This document shows, one piece after another, positions 13,501 through 26,499 of a stretch of 64,000 nt of DNA. This DNA is from Psammoneis japonica. Taxonomy: Eukaryota. A program made the translations under genes and the position numbers. A model generated the notes under the pieces. It was not told the origin of the DNA, did not search any database, and was given only the letters and a program-made list of their open reading frames with translations. Position 1 is the stretch's first letter. Every line of letters begins with the position of its first letter. Where the stretch lies: positions 124,001 through 188,000 of the forward strand of contig QPGO01000052.1 of NCBI GenBank assembly GCA_008632985.1. Direction: 5' to 3'.

Positions 13501-15199
13501 CTTTTTCAACAACAGATCTTGTTTTTTGACATGCCAAGACCCAGAAGGTCATGCCTTGTTCTGCTGCAAGAGCTCAGCCATTGTGCCCATTTTCACACTC
13601 CCAGCCACACAAGTGAAGGGGAAAGCCATGCAGCCAAGAATCTTTGGAGCATGTCAAGGGGTCAATCTGTTTCAACTGCCTTGTTGCCATGAGACGGTTG
13701 GTGTCATCACAAATCAACTTTGCTTCAAATCATGCAGTGCAGCATTTTTTCTGAAGCTGAGGAGCTCAAGTAAGAAGACCAGCACCACAACCCTCTTGCA
13801 CATTGTCAAGTGACTGGCACTGCAGTTTGTTGAAAGACATTTTGCAGAAATTGCAAGGCTGGCACATGTCTGTGAAAATGGAGCTGTGCAAACAAGGAGC
13901 TGTGTGAACTCTTTCATTGGCCCATGTTTTGCATTGCACAACATGATCATCTCTGGGAGTGCATCAGCTGCGACAGCAGAGAAGGCAGGCAGCAGGTGAC
14001 AGAGGGCAGGGTTGCAGAATTTTTCTTGCACATGTCTTGTGTGCCATTTTGCACATGCAGCACATTTCTTGCCAAAGCAGGCATTGCTGTTTGGACAAAA
14101 AATTCCATGCAAAAACATCTTGCTTTCTCTTCCTGAAGCAAAACAGTGACCCCATTTCTGGGTGACCCCAAAGCCATTGCACAAAATCTCACACAAAACA
14201 AACACCAGATTTTGAACACAACTTCAAAAAACAACACACCGCAGCACCACTGCAATTGCTTTTGTTGTTTGCAGTTTGTCATTTCCTTGTTGGGCTCACC
14301 TCTGCACCAGAAGGGCAGACAACTCAAAGCAGTGCCATTGGGTGCACAGTGGACCAGCTTGAGCTGCTTGCCAGCACATGACAAGCCTGGCAGCAATGCC
14401 CCAACTTGGTGCAAGGAAGTTTGGAGTCAGCAAGCATCAACTCAAACTCAAACATTGGTTTGGATGAGCACAACACTGGCAACATTGCAAGTCAGTGTCT
14501 CCATTGTTGCACCAGCAATGTTGTCAGTGGACATTTTGAGCACTGAACAGGCATTGTTGCCAGTGGCTGTCTTGAGCATTGTGCTGGCAACATTGTTGGC
14601 GGTTGCCTCAATGGTGCTGCATGTTGTGCTGTCATTGTCATTGTGGTGGGTGCCTTGAGCATCACAAACAGCAGTGTTGCTGACCAATTGAGCACATGGT
14701 TGTCAGGCAGTTGCTCCACCTTTGGCATGGATGCATGCGGGGTTTGTGGCCCCTTGTGAAGATCAATGCCAAAAGTCCCAAGAACAATGTGAGTCATCAT
14801 TGGCTTGTTTGGAGCATGGATGGTGCAATCAGGCAGCACAGCCAGCCTCACCATCACAATGCAGAGCTCTCTGATTTGACTCCCTTGAAAACCAGTGGTT
14901 GGATCAAGAAGTTGCCCAGCGTTCCACTGAGCAGACCCCCATTTGAAAGGATCTGTTGCACCTTTTCTGGGTGCTTTGTAGAGAATGTGCAAAGAGCAGC
15001 CATCTTGTTCTATGATGCACAATTAACTTTTCTGATGAGGGACAATGTGCCAACCTGCAGTGCTGCAGTTTGGAGGGTGTCAGTGCTCTGAGACAAGACA
15101 ACAGCAGGTCTTGCTGGTGCTGATCTGGTTGCCACGACACCACCAGAGGGGATTCTCATTTTCCCCAATTTTTAGAAATGCTGGTGTGAGCGGCAGGGG

Positions 15200-15793
15200 T
15201 GTGTTGGAACATCTGGATCACAGGGACCACAAGAAACCTGGGTTCTCTGAGGAAAAGATGCTTTAGCTCCAAAATGTGGTGAACCAAGTGAAGCCACTGT
15301 TTGCTGAAGATTTTTCTCTGTTGCCAACCTTCCATCACCATTTTTGTCTCACACTTTGGAGTGAATCATTTGGCTCACTTGGCTCATTTGATTTGTCACC
15401 TGCTGCTGTTGTCATTTTTGAGTTTGGAGTTTGTGCTGACAACTTCAGGGCAACCTGACAAGTGCCACAGGAAGCCCAGCAGGGCCCCCTTTTGGCAACA
15501 TCAATTTTCTGGTTCGATGTCACCTGGAGGTTGTCAGTGCAAACTTTAAACTCACAAAATGACAACAACAGCTGTCCAGTGATGATGCTGAACAACATGT
15601 CAAGTGACAAACCAAATTGCTCACTCTAAAAAAGGAGGTGAAAGCAGAGGCAAGGGGTTGGCGACAGAGGAAATTCCCTGCCAGAGACCAGTCACTTGAG
15701 TCAACCACATCAGGAGTCAAAGCATCTTTTCCTCAATGGGCCCAGTGCAGGTTCTTTGCAATCCCTGTCCCCGTGACACAGGTGTTCCAACAT
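15200..15793. repeat. Degenerate inverted repeat (arms of about 260 bp, spacer of about 60 bp)
   Basis: 15201-15457 (tgttggaaca...gaggaaaagatgcttt...gttgtcatttttgagttt...ctgacaac) matches the reverse complement of 15518-15793. Confidence 0.8.
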
Positions 15794-17127
15794 TTTTTGC
15801 TGAACAGCTTAACAAAGCCCACTTGCCCCACTTTTGCTCACCTGAAAAGTGCTTGCATGTGCTTGAAGAAACCTCCTGTGCAAAGCAGGTTGATTGTGCT
15901 TTTTGCTGAAATGACATGAGGCAGGTGGGAGTGATGCACAGACTGCACTGCATTCTTGGGTGGAAATCCAGCAGCTGCAAGCAATGAATCTACTTGATTT
16001 TTCTTGCAAAATCACCAAAGTCCACCAGCAAGCATCTTGAGCCTTGCCTTGGGTGATGGCATCATTTCAGTCCTTTCATGATCTCATGTGATGGGCTGCT
16101 TGGCAAAGAAGCCAAGGCAGCACTCTGGTTGACAGCTGCATGGCTCTGGGAGCAAGCAGCAGAAGCCACCCTCTGAAGCATGTGGTTTTGCAAATGCAAG
16201 CACAAGCACTGCAGTTGTCAAAGCCACTCACATGTGCCTCTGAGGGTCCCACACATGCCCTCATCCCAGCTCAGCTCCTGGCACCCAAACAGGGAGCCGC
16301 TCTGCCCCTCTACAAGAATTGCCTCGCCAAGTCAAAAAATGACAAAAGCACACAGGTTTCTGCATGAATTTGGCACAAAACGAGTGCAAAGCTGCCCTCT
16401 GGGCACCACAGAAAAAAAACCAGCACCTTTGATCACTTCATTGTTGCTGCACTCTTCTTTTCATCATTCAACTGAGCTGTTGTTGCCATGACATTGCATG
16501 CCTCCACATCATCTGTCAGTGCTGAGAGATTGCGCTGCCAGAAACAACTCAACTTTCATTGGCTGCTGTTCAGTGCCCTCAAGGGGAGGTGACACTGGGC
16601 TTGAAGGTGGAACATGGCAAAACTGTCAGCATCATGCTGCCATCACCAAGTGAGTGCAACATGACTCCAGCTCTTCTTGGAGCAAAAGAGTTGATGCCCA
16701 TGAAGGAAAAACCAAAACAAAAAGTGGCAAACAAACAGCTCAGTCAATGTGACCACTTGTTGGAGTGGCCAACCAGTGGCAACAGTCACAGCAGCTCTTC
16801 TTGTCAAGCTTGGAAGCTCAATTTGTCCTCATCACATTGTCTTCTCTTCAAAAGTGAAGCTGAGAGATTGCTGGAGCTTGAAGATCTTGAGTTTTGTGGC
16901 AAGAGAAGAAGCAAATTTGCTTTTGGCAGAAGGCACTCCAGTCATTCAACATGTGAGACTGCCATGAGATTTGGCCACTGGCACTGCACAGGAAGCCTGG
17001 TGGGATTTTCTTTTGGCGACATTGACTTGCCAGCTCAACATTCACTCTAAAGAGTTGTTTGCTCATGTTGAGTGCACACCTGTCCATCAGTCCATCAGAA
17101 GATCATAAGATCATTGATGTCTGCACC

Positions 17128-18790
17128 ATGAGCAACAAAGAACATGGGAGGTTTGGAAAAGACCATGATCAACACAAGGGTCATGGTGGAAAAGGCAACA
17201 AGAGCCACACCAAGAGCAAGAAGTCCTTCAAGCATGAAATGAAGTTTTCCATCCTTCAACCCTGAACAGCAACATGTGCAATGCAGCACGCAAAGGTGTC
17301 AAAGAGAAGATCAGCAGATGCACACAGAAGGAGTTTAAACAGGGCAAATGTGTGGCAAGGTCCCCAGAGGACATGACGCATCCTGACTTTATTGCAGAAA
17401 AGCCAAAATTGAAACAGCCAGAGATCACACCCAATGAAGATGACTCCACATGCAAGGCTGACCCAAAGGACATTGAGCACAAGAACAAACAGTGTGAGTG
17501 CAAGCATCACACAGAATCCAAAGATTGCTGTGCCAAGCTGAAACAGTTTGAAGAGAACAAATCAAAGGCACCTGCCATGATTGTGGATGATCGACATCTG
17601 TTCTGTGCATTGACCAAGTCCCTGAAGAACACACTGCAGGTGAGGCAACAAGAGAATGAGTCCATTGCAGAGTGCCTGTCAAACGATTCAAGAACCAACA
17701 AGACTCCACCAGAGATGGTCTGGGTGCTAGCAAGATGCTAAATGGGTTCATTGAGAACATCAAGGAGCACATGACAAGTGGCGCTGGCAAGCAGGCTGAG
17801 CTGAAGAAGATGGCGTTTGAGGCCTGGACTGATTTCATGTTCATCAAGAACAGTGACGACCATTGCTGCAAGACATTGAAGCAAAGTTTTGTGAGAGACT
17901 GTGCAGTCTGGGAAACGATGCATGCCCAAAAGACCTGGACAGAGCAATGGATGCATTGCTCAATCATGAGTGGGGCAACAAGCAGAAATGTGCCAAGAAT
18001 CCTGACCATTGTGACAATGAGAATGGTGAGGACAAGAATGGGAACAAGAGCAAGAACCAGAGCCATGCACAGAAGGGTGGCACACAAGGCAAGACAATGT
18101 GCCACTGTTGCAGCAAGAAAGACCACAAGTCCCCAGATTGCCAACACAAGGACAAGGCAGCTGCCAATGACTGTTTCAAAAAAAGACCAGAAGGAAACCA
18201 GATCCAAGAGGGCAGAGTCATGCACAGATGAGAGATGACAATGATGACCACTCTTTGGTGGACAGTGATGTGAGCATCAATGCCACCAGATTGGCATCAT
18301 CAACCTGTTCAAGCTGGAGCAAGGGAGCTGCTTGGCACGGGTCACAACTGGCCAATGAGTGACCAGAGACAAGCATGAGCCAGACCAGTGTGGGCATTGA
18401 GGCTGATGAGATTGTCCTTGACAACTGCTCTGCCCTTGACATGGCAGCAAGCTGGAGATTGGTGCACAATGTGTGACAATGTGTGACTGGCAAAGATCAA
18501 GATTGGCCCATCCACAAACACAGGAGTGAACACCCTGGACAAGAACTGCACTGTGCCAGGTTGGGGCAACATGAAGCTGGGGTCAAAACCCACAACAGCA
18601 AACATCCTGAGTCTAAAGGATGTGAAGGCCAAGTGCCACATGATGACATGCTGCAAGAACCAAGTGGTGGAGGTGCTCCAGCTGCTGGACAAGAAAACTG
18701 GCAAACAAGTCACAGCATTTAAAGCAAATGACATTGGACTGCTCTTGTGCACGCCACCTTGGCCACAATGGCTGCGGCAGAAAGAGATGC
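17128..18790 (+). mobile_element. Decayed Ty1/Copia (diatom CoDi-like) gag and protease fragment
   Basis: Gag-like stretches (VKEKISRCTQKEFKQG; QQENESIAECL/KRFK; CPKDLDRAMDALLNHEW), zinc knuckle CHCCSKKDHKSPDC, protease-like IVLDNCSALD and ANILSLKDV. Frameshifts and stops present. Confidence 0.75.
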
Positions 18791-21149
18791 ACGAATTCAA
18801 ATGGGATGTGCATGGCACATTGGTTGTGCACTTCCTCAGAATCTGCAGCATCAGCAACCACAAGTGAGTGCAGTCCCTTGGGTGTCACCACAACATGCTG
18901 CTGGGAGCACAGCATGCATTGGCGCCCATGTTCCATGTGGTGCCAACTGAAATGCAGCATCACCAACAGGGGTGAGGGCAAACTGTCCCTGTGCCATGTC
19001 ACCCACAAGCACAGGTGTTGCCATCCCAAAGCTCCGGCGGTCTCATTGCCATGACCAGGCAAGCAGCAATGTGGTGCATGACTTGTGTGATGCCCTCGTT
19101 GGCATTGTCTTGGGGGTGTGACAGTGCATTGTGTGTGCCACAGGCATGTCATGACTCGACGTCGCCATGACTCACCCATGAAGGGCAGCCGGGTTGTGTT
19201 GGAGCTGTCCCTGTGATGGGGCTGCAAAGTCTGCCATGGAATCTGCACAGGCCCCATGGCAGCCATGGGTCATTTGCTCCAGCATTTTTATGATGATCCT
19301 GGCAATTGTGTGTGACCAGTGGCGGTGGTGGTCAATCTGAGGTGCTGGCTGTGCTTTCAGAGGTTGTTGCACTCCTTGCTGTCCTCCCACTGGAGGCACC
19401 ACATTTTTTTTTCACTGGTGCCTGAGGCGGTGGCAGCATGTTGCCCACTGGCAGAGGTTGCTGTGCACTGCCAGCAGTGCAGCATCATTTTGACCTTGCG
19501 AATTTGCTTTCTGTCCTGGCGGAGGCTGTCCTGCCTCTGCATTTGGTGCTGCTTGGTCACTCATCTTCCTGCAAGTGAAGCACACAGTGCCAGTGCAATG
19601 GCAAAGGCATCCTCAGTGCATCAACAGCAATGGAACTGTCCAGCTGGTTGTTGTTGCTTTGCTCCTCTTTGGAATGAGAGGAAGCAACACAAGCACTTTG
19701 CTCGACAACTTGCACAAGAAGCGCCGCGTTCAAATGGTTTGGCAGTTGGAATGACTCCAACGGTCGGAGGGTCATTTCACCTTTGTTGAACTTTGCGAGG
19801 TTGGTGCAATGGACATCAAAGTGTCAACCAACTGTTGTGACTGAAATCGATTCCTTGAGGTCATGGTCTGCCTGTGACTCGCAAAGCACGGGAAAAACAC
19901 CACGAGTGAGATTTCCCACACGATTTTCTGTTTAAATTTTGCCCCAGAAATCTGCCCAGCCCCCCCCCCCCCTGTGCTGCATTTGTTTTCTTGTTGTGGG
20001 CAGGACAAGGGCAGGAGTCTCTAGCTAGATGGCAGAGAGAGTCAGGTCATGTCCGTCACTCTCTACCGGCAGGGCCCTGCACTCTGGCACCGGCATTTAG
20101 AGGGCAACAACATCCACAGCACCGGCATGCTTTCTTGCACCGCATCTGCCGGCACTCGCACAGTGCTCTCTACTCTACTCTCTGCCAGCAGCTGGGAGCA
20201 CCGGTGCCGGTGCGGCAGCAGCCACCGGCAGAGCAGAGCTCCGGCACTGTGCTCTTAGTCCGCGCCGTCACTGAAGACCAGTGACCAGTTTGTGTCTGAT
20301 CTTAAATGCCTTTTTGTAACATGCTTCATCACATGTGAAGATGTCCTGCCATTCCTGCAGCACTTGCACCTGAATCTGAACAAAAAGCATTGCTGTGACA
20401 GTTCACTGCCATGCCACCAACAGTGCTCTCCATTTGTTCTGATGCAACAAATGAGTGTAGCCAGAAAACATGCATCAGTGTGTGATGCCAAGGCATCACA
20501 TGAAATGTGTTGAGCACTGAATGACAATGCAAGAGACAACAACATGTCTTGCTTTAACCACGAAACAAAAGCTTGCTTGCATCTCTTTTGCCCCCCTTCC
20601 ACAATTCCAAGCACAGCTCACAGTTGGAATGTCTCACACAGCAACAACAACAGCAACCACATGAATGCAGTCAAATTGTTGCAGAGGAAAAATTGGCAAT
20701 GACAGCAACTACAACATTGAAATAAAAAAAAATGCCACTGGAAAATGGTGGAGGACATCACCTGCCATGGTGGCTCTGCAACAATGGCAAATGCAACAAT
20801 GCTGTTGTGGCTGTTGGCATCACCACCCTTGTGGTGTGTGGTGGGTGCACATCATGAAAAACATGTGCATCTGCACACCATGCAAAAAATTCCAATCTAA
20901 TCTATTCTGGCAAACAAAGAGTTAAGATGGCACACAGTTCTCACACCACCAATTTCCAGTTGCCAGAATTGTCCACAACTGCAGAACTTGTGTGTGAAGT
21001 TCACCACACACACAGCTGATCATTGGGCAAACCTGACATGGTTGTTGGATGAGACATGCTAGAGTGGCCAAAGGTTAACAACAAGATGCCATTTAAATGC
21101 ACAGAAGCCACTGCAGAAACCTCCATCTGTTTTCAAGATCCAGAGCCAC

Positions 21150-21840
21150 TGTTTTCAGAAAGCAATGGAATTTTAAAGATCTCAGATGCCAAGCATGTGC
21201 CAGCATGCCTTGAGGACACAATGCAGGGAGCAACAGGACTTGACAGCAACTGGAAAGTGAAGCTGCTCAGTTTGTTGAAAAAGTGTGAGTCCTTGTTTGA
21301 TGGCATGTCAGGTGAATGGAAAGGGGGTCCTCACCACACCCAGCTTAAAGAGGATCATGCTGAGCCATGTTGCTGACAACAGACATCCTTGCAAAGCCCC
21401 AAGGGGATGTGAAGTGATGCCAAGAGAAAGGAAGTGGAGTGCATTTGTGAAATTCTCATCACTGGATGCACAACCAGCTGTGTCTGCAGTGTGCCGCTTC
21501 ATCATTTTCCTTGCCAAAGCAAGATTTTCTGCTGGCATGGTTTCTTGGTGATTTCTGGGAGCTCAACAATGGGGTCAAAAGATTGACCCACCCAATTCCT
21601 CACATCCAGGACATGCTGCATGAGCTTGAAGGCTTTGTGTGGTGGGTGACATCATTGGATCTCCTCAATGCTGGATGCCACCACATTTGACTTGTTGATG
21701 GTGGCAGCCAAAAGATGTGCATGCTTGTCTGCCCATGAGGAAGGTGGTGCAAGACACGCAGGTCCTGCAAATGGGCTCATGCAATGACTCACCCAACATT
21801 CTCTAGGAAAAGATGTCATGGCCATGGAAAGCTTAGAGAG
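21150..21840 (+). mobile_element. Decayed Ty3/Gypsy reverse transcriptase fragment
   Basis: DAKHV...KLLSLLKKCESLFDGMSGEW and DFWELNNGVKRLTHPIPHIQDMLHELEGF..VTSLDL.NAGCHHI correspond to Gypsy RT DFRELNK.IKRKPYPIP.I.D.L..LEGF.YATSLDLNMGYYHI. Confidence 0.85.
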
Positions 21841-22399
21841 CTCATTTTGGTGTGCAAGTGCAACCCCATGTGGGGCTCCATGCATGCATGCGCCATGCAC
21901 AATTCTGTGATGCACCATGCAGACATCATGAAGAGACATGAGGAGTGAAGATGCTGCACTCTACAATGGTGCAACAGCAGAGGCCACCATTTGAAGTTCC
22001 CACCACTTCATGGCAACTGCAGCATTGTCTCTGCATGCAACAATGTCCCACAAGTGTGCATGTGCTGCCATCAGAGTGTTTGGACCACATGCTGAGACTT
22101 GTTTTGTGGCAATTGAAAAAGCAGATGTTGCCAACATGGAAGTTGTTTTTAGGCAGGGTGCCCCATGGATTCAAAGCACAATCTCTGCCAGTCTTCCAAA
22201 ATGACCAAATCATGCATCAGGACCATCTGAAGATCAACGCTTGCTTGGCAGTTCTGAGGCACTCATGTGGGGGTGGTGCAGCAGCCAAGCTCACAAACCA
22301 CCATTTAATGTGCACCTTGGCAGTGTGCCAATGACAGGAACATTGTCGCTGCCCAGTGCATCTCCAAATTGCTGATGTGTGCCAGAACATGACATGTTC

Positions 22400-23130
22400 A
22401 TCAACAATCATTTGTGCTGTCTTGTCAAGAAAGACACACTGTGGCAAGGCTGCAAGAAAGTGCTGACAACTCTGCCACATCATCATCACAAAAAAGTGCT
22501 GTTGGCTGTCTCATGCAAGCTTGAACAACAATGTGATGAACTCCTGCAGTTTGAGCAAAACAGGCTGCTCTCCTTCACACCAGCCATCAATGCTCATCTG
22601 CAGTCTTGTCACATCATGAAAGACACGCTGTTGTGGCACAGCTGTGGGAAAGTGTTGACATGCCACCACCATGTTGTCATTGTGTTGGCACCATTGGTCT
22701 CTCCTTCAAATTCGAACAAGCCAGTGACTCCCACAATTTGAGCAAAAGTGGTTGTTCTCTTTTTGTGCCAGCCATCAGCACTCATCTGTGTTGTGAAGAA
22801 AGACACCCTGCAACAAGGCTGCAGAAAAGTGCTTGCAACACCATCATGAAAGTGGTGCCAGTCTCATGCAAGTTTGAACAAAATGATGAGCTCTCCTGCA
22901 GTTTGAGCAAAATGGGCCATTCTGATGCACCAGCCATTGGCACTCATCTGTGTTGTCATGTCAATGACAACATTGTGCCATTGCATGGCAGCAGAAAAGT
23001 GCTGACAGTTCTGCCACCACACTGTCATCATGTTCATCCATTGGCCTCTCATGCAAATTTGGGAGAGCCAATGACTCCTGCACATCAACCATCAGTGCTC
23101 ATCTGCATTGTTGCATCAAGAAAAACATGA
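22400..23130. repeat. Degenerate tandem repeat, about 4-5 units of 160-190 bp
   Basis: catc/ttgtg..gt...aaagacac...aaagtgc/ttg recurs at about 22409, 22595, 22783, 22945 and 23100. Confidence 0.7.
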
Positions 23131-25169
23131 TGTGGCATGGCAGTGCACAATCTGCCATAGATTGCACATGTCTGTGTCAGCACACCATCTTGTGGATGCA
23201 AAGTGTTGCTGTCACTCATGCTGACAACACTGGCAGGACCTGCATGACAACCAGTTCTGTGTTTTGTCTTTTTGCCCTTGTTTGACAACAAGTGCCAACT
23301 GCCCTGTGGTGTGTTGGCACTCCTTTTGTTCCATGCTTTTGCATTTGTCATTTGAGTGCATCAGCTTCAGCTTTCTGCATCAGGTGTGCCACCACTTGGC
23401 ACAAAGGGCAATGGACAGAAGAGCTGCATCATGTCAAAGGCCAATTGTTTGGGATTTGCCCATGCAGTGGCATGTGATGCAGCATGCATGACAGAAGCCA
23501 TGGCTGAAAGGATGCCCTTCCCCTTGTCCAACTCCATGTCCCACACTGAAAATGAGCACACCACATTTCCAAGTGTCTGTCATGTGCACTTTGCAGAAGT
23601 GCTTGCCTGTGGATTTGGATGCACCTGCACATGGCCAGGGAGGTTTGCTTCATGACATTTGCCTGGTGACTCTGTGACACCTGCATCATGTTTGGCAGAC
23701 ACTTCCACAATCTTGGCACTTGAATCTTCCTGGTGCCTGTGCAGTCACAGTTGCTGTTCACTGTTGCAGAGTGTCTTTTCCAAATCACTCAATTTGGTGG
23801 GACCCCATGTCACATCCACACACAAGGTCTCCTGCAGGATTCTTTTGGCTGTTTTTTGGACTTCTGACAGCTTCTTGCAATGCTGTGTCTGGCATTTCAT
23901 CTCCTGGCATTGTTTGCACTTGACACATGCAGAATGCACTGCAGCATCATGATGCCAGGCCAGTGGAAGTGATGGGCAGTGGATGTTTCTGCACATGTCT
24001 TGCCAGGGCAGTGCAGCTGCTCATGCACCACTCAGCTGGTGGAGGCATTGTCAACACCTCCAGGCAGCACAACAATTTTGTCTTGATGGCATCCTGGCTG
24101 TTGTTGTGTGCCTCCCCCCACAAAGCACACAGGTGAAGGGTGAACTGGAGTGCAGTGCATTTGGCAAACATGCAGCTGCTCTTTTTGCAGCTGCACTTTT
24201 TGATGTCAGCTGCACATTCTGGTCTCCATGCGGGTTTGTGCACAACTTCTTGCACTGATGTTGCCCTTCTCAGATGGTGTCATGTTGGCTCCAACAAGCC
24301 CATTTTGTTCACATTTGCCAACTGCAGCATGACAAGCAACATTCTTCAGCAGAAAATTGTGTGTGTCAAAGCCTTGTGGCTCACACACTGGTTGTTGTTT
24401 CTCTCAAATTTCTTTCTGTCATCTCAGAAACCTTCTTGCACAGGTTCCAGCTCAAGTTCTGCAGGACTCAGAAGAAACTGTTGACAATCTGCATGTCACA
24501 TCTCTAGACTGCTTCTGTCCATGCCAGTGGGTTCTCTTCAACACTGCTTCTTTTTTCCCTCACTCTGAAAGCACTGCCTCTGTTGTTGGATCCCTTTCTA
24601 GCGCAAGCATGAGTCATCCTCCAGTGTCCATTGATCATTCATTTGCTGTGCCTGTTGGCTTTTCTGGGCAAGATCTGGCATTGTTTCTGCATGAAACCAC
24701 TGACTGTTAGCTTGTCATGACTCTGGATGACTGCTTCCATCCACACCAGTCAGTCTTCAATGCCACCTCTTTTCTTTGCTGTTCAATCAAGTCCTTTGCT
24801 CTTCAGGGTAAAAGTGTTGCCTCTGTTGCAGTCCTTGTGAGCATGAATGTGAGTTCACAGAAAACAAAGATGACTGAGTGGAAGAAAACAATGACTCCTT
24901 GCTGCTGTCTAAACAGCAGATGAGTGCTCATGCAGACAATGTGTTGTGGGAGCCCAAAGACTGGGGTGTCATGATGTGGGTGCCACTGTCACAATTCTCA
25001 TGAGCCAAGTGGCTCAAAAGCAAACTGCATTGTGTGTCATGTGCAGAACTGAAAGCACACACATTTTTGTGCAACAAACTAAAATCTTGTTCAATCCTGT
25101 CACTCCTCAGTTTGCTTGAGGAGTCCACAGCAGCAACAGATTCAAAGTCAGATTGACTAAAGGCCTCAG

Positions 25170-25885
25170 GATCAAAGTTCCAAAACATGAGAGGATGGAG
25201 GAGGTTCCAACCCTGGGAGCAACCCCAGTGTTTGCTGAGGATGTCAGCGGGGTTGCAGGAACCTTCAAGAAGTCGAACTTGAGGAAACCAGAGGCAATTG
25301 CCTCACACACATGATGGAACAAGAGGGCGGTGTGTCGCTTGTGTAACTTGGAGTGGGGGATGGTGGCACTGTCCACAACTGACTTGTTGTCCCCAAACAT
25401 GCAACATGTGTTGTGGATTGGGACAACAAGGTGATGCAATGTGATGCACAGATCAATGATCTGTTGTTCAACACACATCCCAGCAGCAACAAACAACTCA
25501 GATCCATGAGTTGCAGTCTCAACTGCAGCTTGTTTCTTGAAGAACCAATCAGCTGGAAACTTGTTGAGGAAATGAAAAATGATGCCTGTGACAGAGCATC
25601 CAGTGAGCATGCAATGGAGCAAGCTTGCATCAACACAATGGGTCATGGTGACAAAGTTGCCAAGAGGGCTGCGCATGTCTTTGGGAATCAGTTGCTCCAC
25701 ATCACCATGTGCGGTTTGAGCCCAGTCATGCACAGGCTTAGAAAGGTCCAAACAGTCGTGTTCCTTGGCATGCAATTGCAGGGCACCATGTTGAATCTTG
25801 CACAAGAATCCACAGACATGTTTGGTGCAATCCAAACAGCCTTGACGGGGTGCAGCATGGAAGCTGGAGAGGGACATGATGGTTG
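25170..25885 (-). mobile_element. Decayed Ty1/Copia RT C-terminus and RNase H
   Basis: SSFHAAPRQGCLD...THCVDASL.H...TGCSVTG...DWFFKKQAAVETATHGSE.FVAA...MFGDNKSVVDS..IPHSKLHKRH...CEAIAS...NPADILSKHWG. Confidence 0.92.
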
Positions 25886-26499
25886 CAGTGATGTGATGCA
25901 GCCCATTGCACTTCTCTAAGATCTGTGACATTGTGAACTGGCAGAAACTGTGGACAAACATGCTGTGGTGCATCCCTTGTGCTGAGGTGTGCAGGGAAGT
26001 CACAGCCACTCAAATCTGACACATGGAATCAATGCCAGCAGTGCCACAGGACCAACTGCGACCAGGATGGGGAAATGCGTGCAGCACCATGGTCAGAGAC
26101 TGTGAAATTCCGGCAACTGAAGGGTCTTCAAACAAACAAGGACCAAAAAAATCGAGAACTGACTCCCATCTGATTGGGCTGATGGACAATTGGGTGGTTG
26201 CTTGGACACCGATTGGAGTTGAACAATCCAAACAGTCCATTGATGATGCAGGAAGGGATGGAATGACGATTTCACAAACTCAAACCAACCAAGATGATGA
26301 CATGGAATCACTGTCCTCATCAGCTGCCACCAACAGCTACAATCTCACTCAGAAATCTCCTCAAAAGCAAGCCAGGCAGTTTCAAACTCGTCATGGTTGA
26401 TCCAACCATTCAGGACATCACCACAGACATGGAGGCAGAGGGGATTTATGACATCACAAGCCACAATGCCCACCCGCTCCATTGGAACTCGAGGCCACA

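Noticed and set aside
10600..16500. Cys/His-rich ORFs as real zinc-finger or metallothionein genes
   Set aside because: Their composition is explained by TG/CA conversion and there are no coherent domain motifs. The underlying ancestral genes could not be identified.
19960..19980. C13 run followed by ctgtgctg as a transposon terminus
   Set aside because: No matching second terminus or target-site duplication found in the window.
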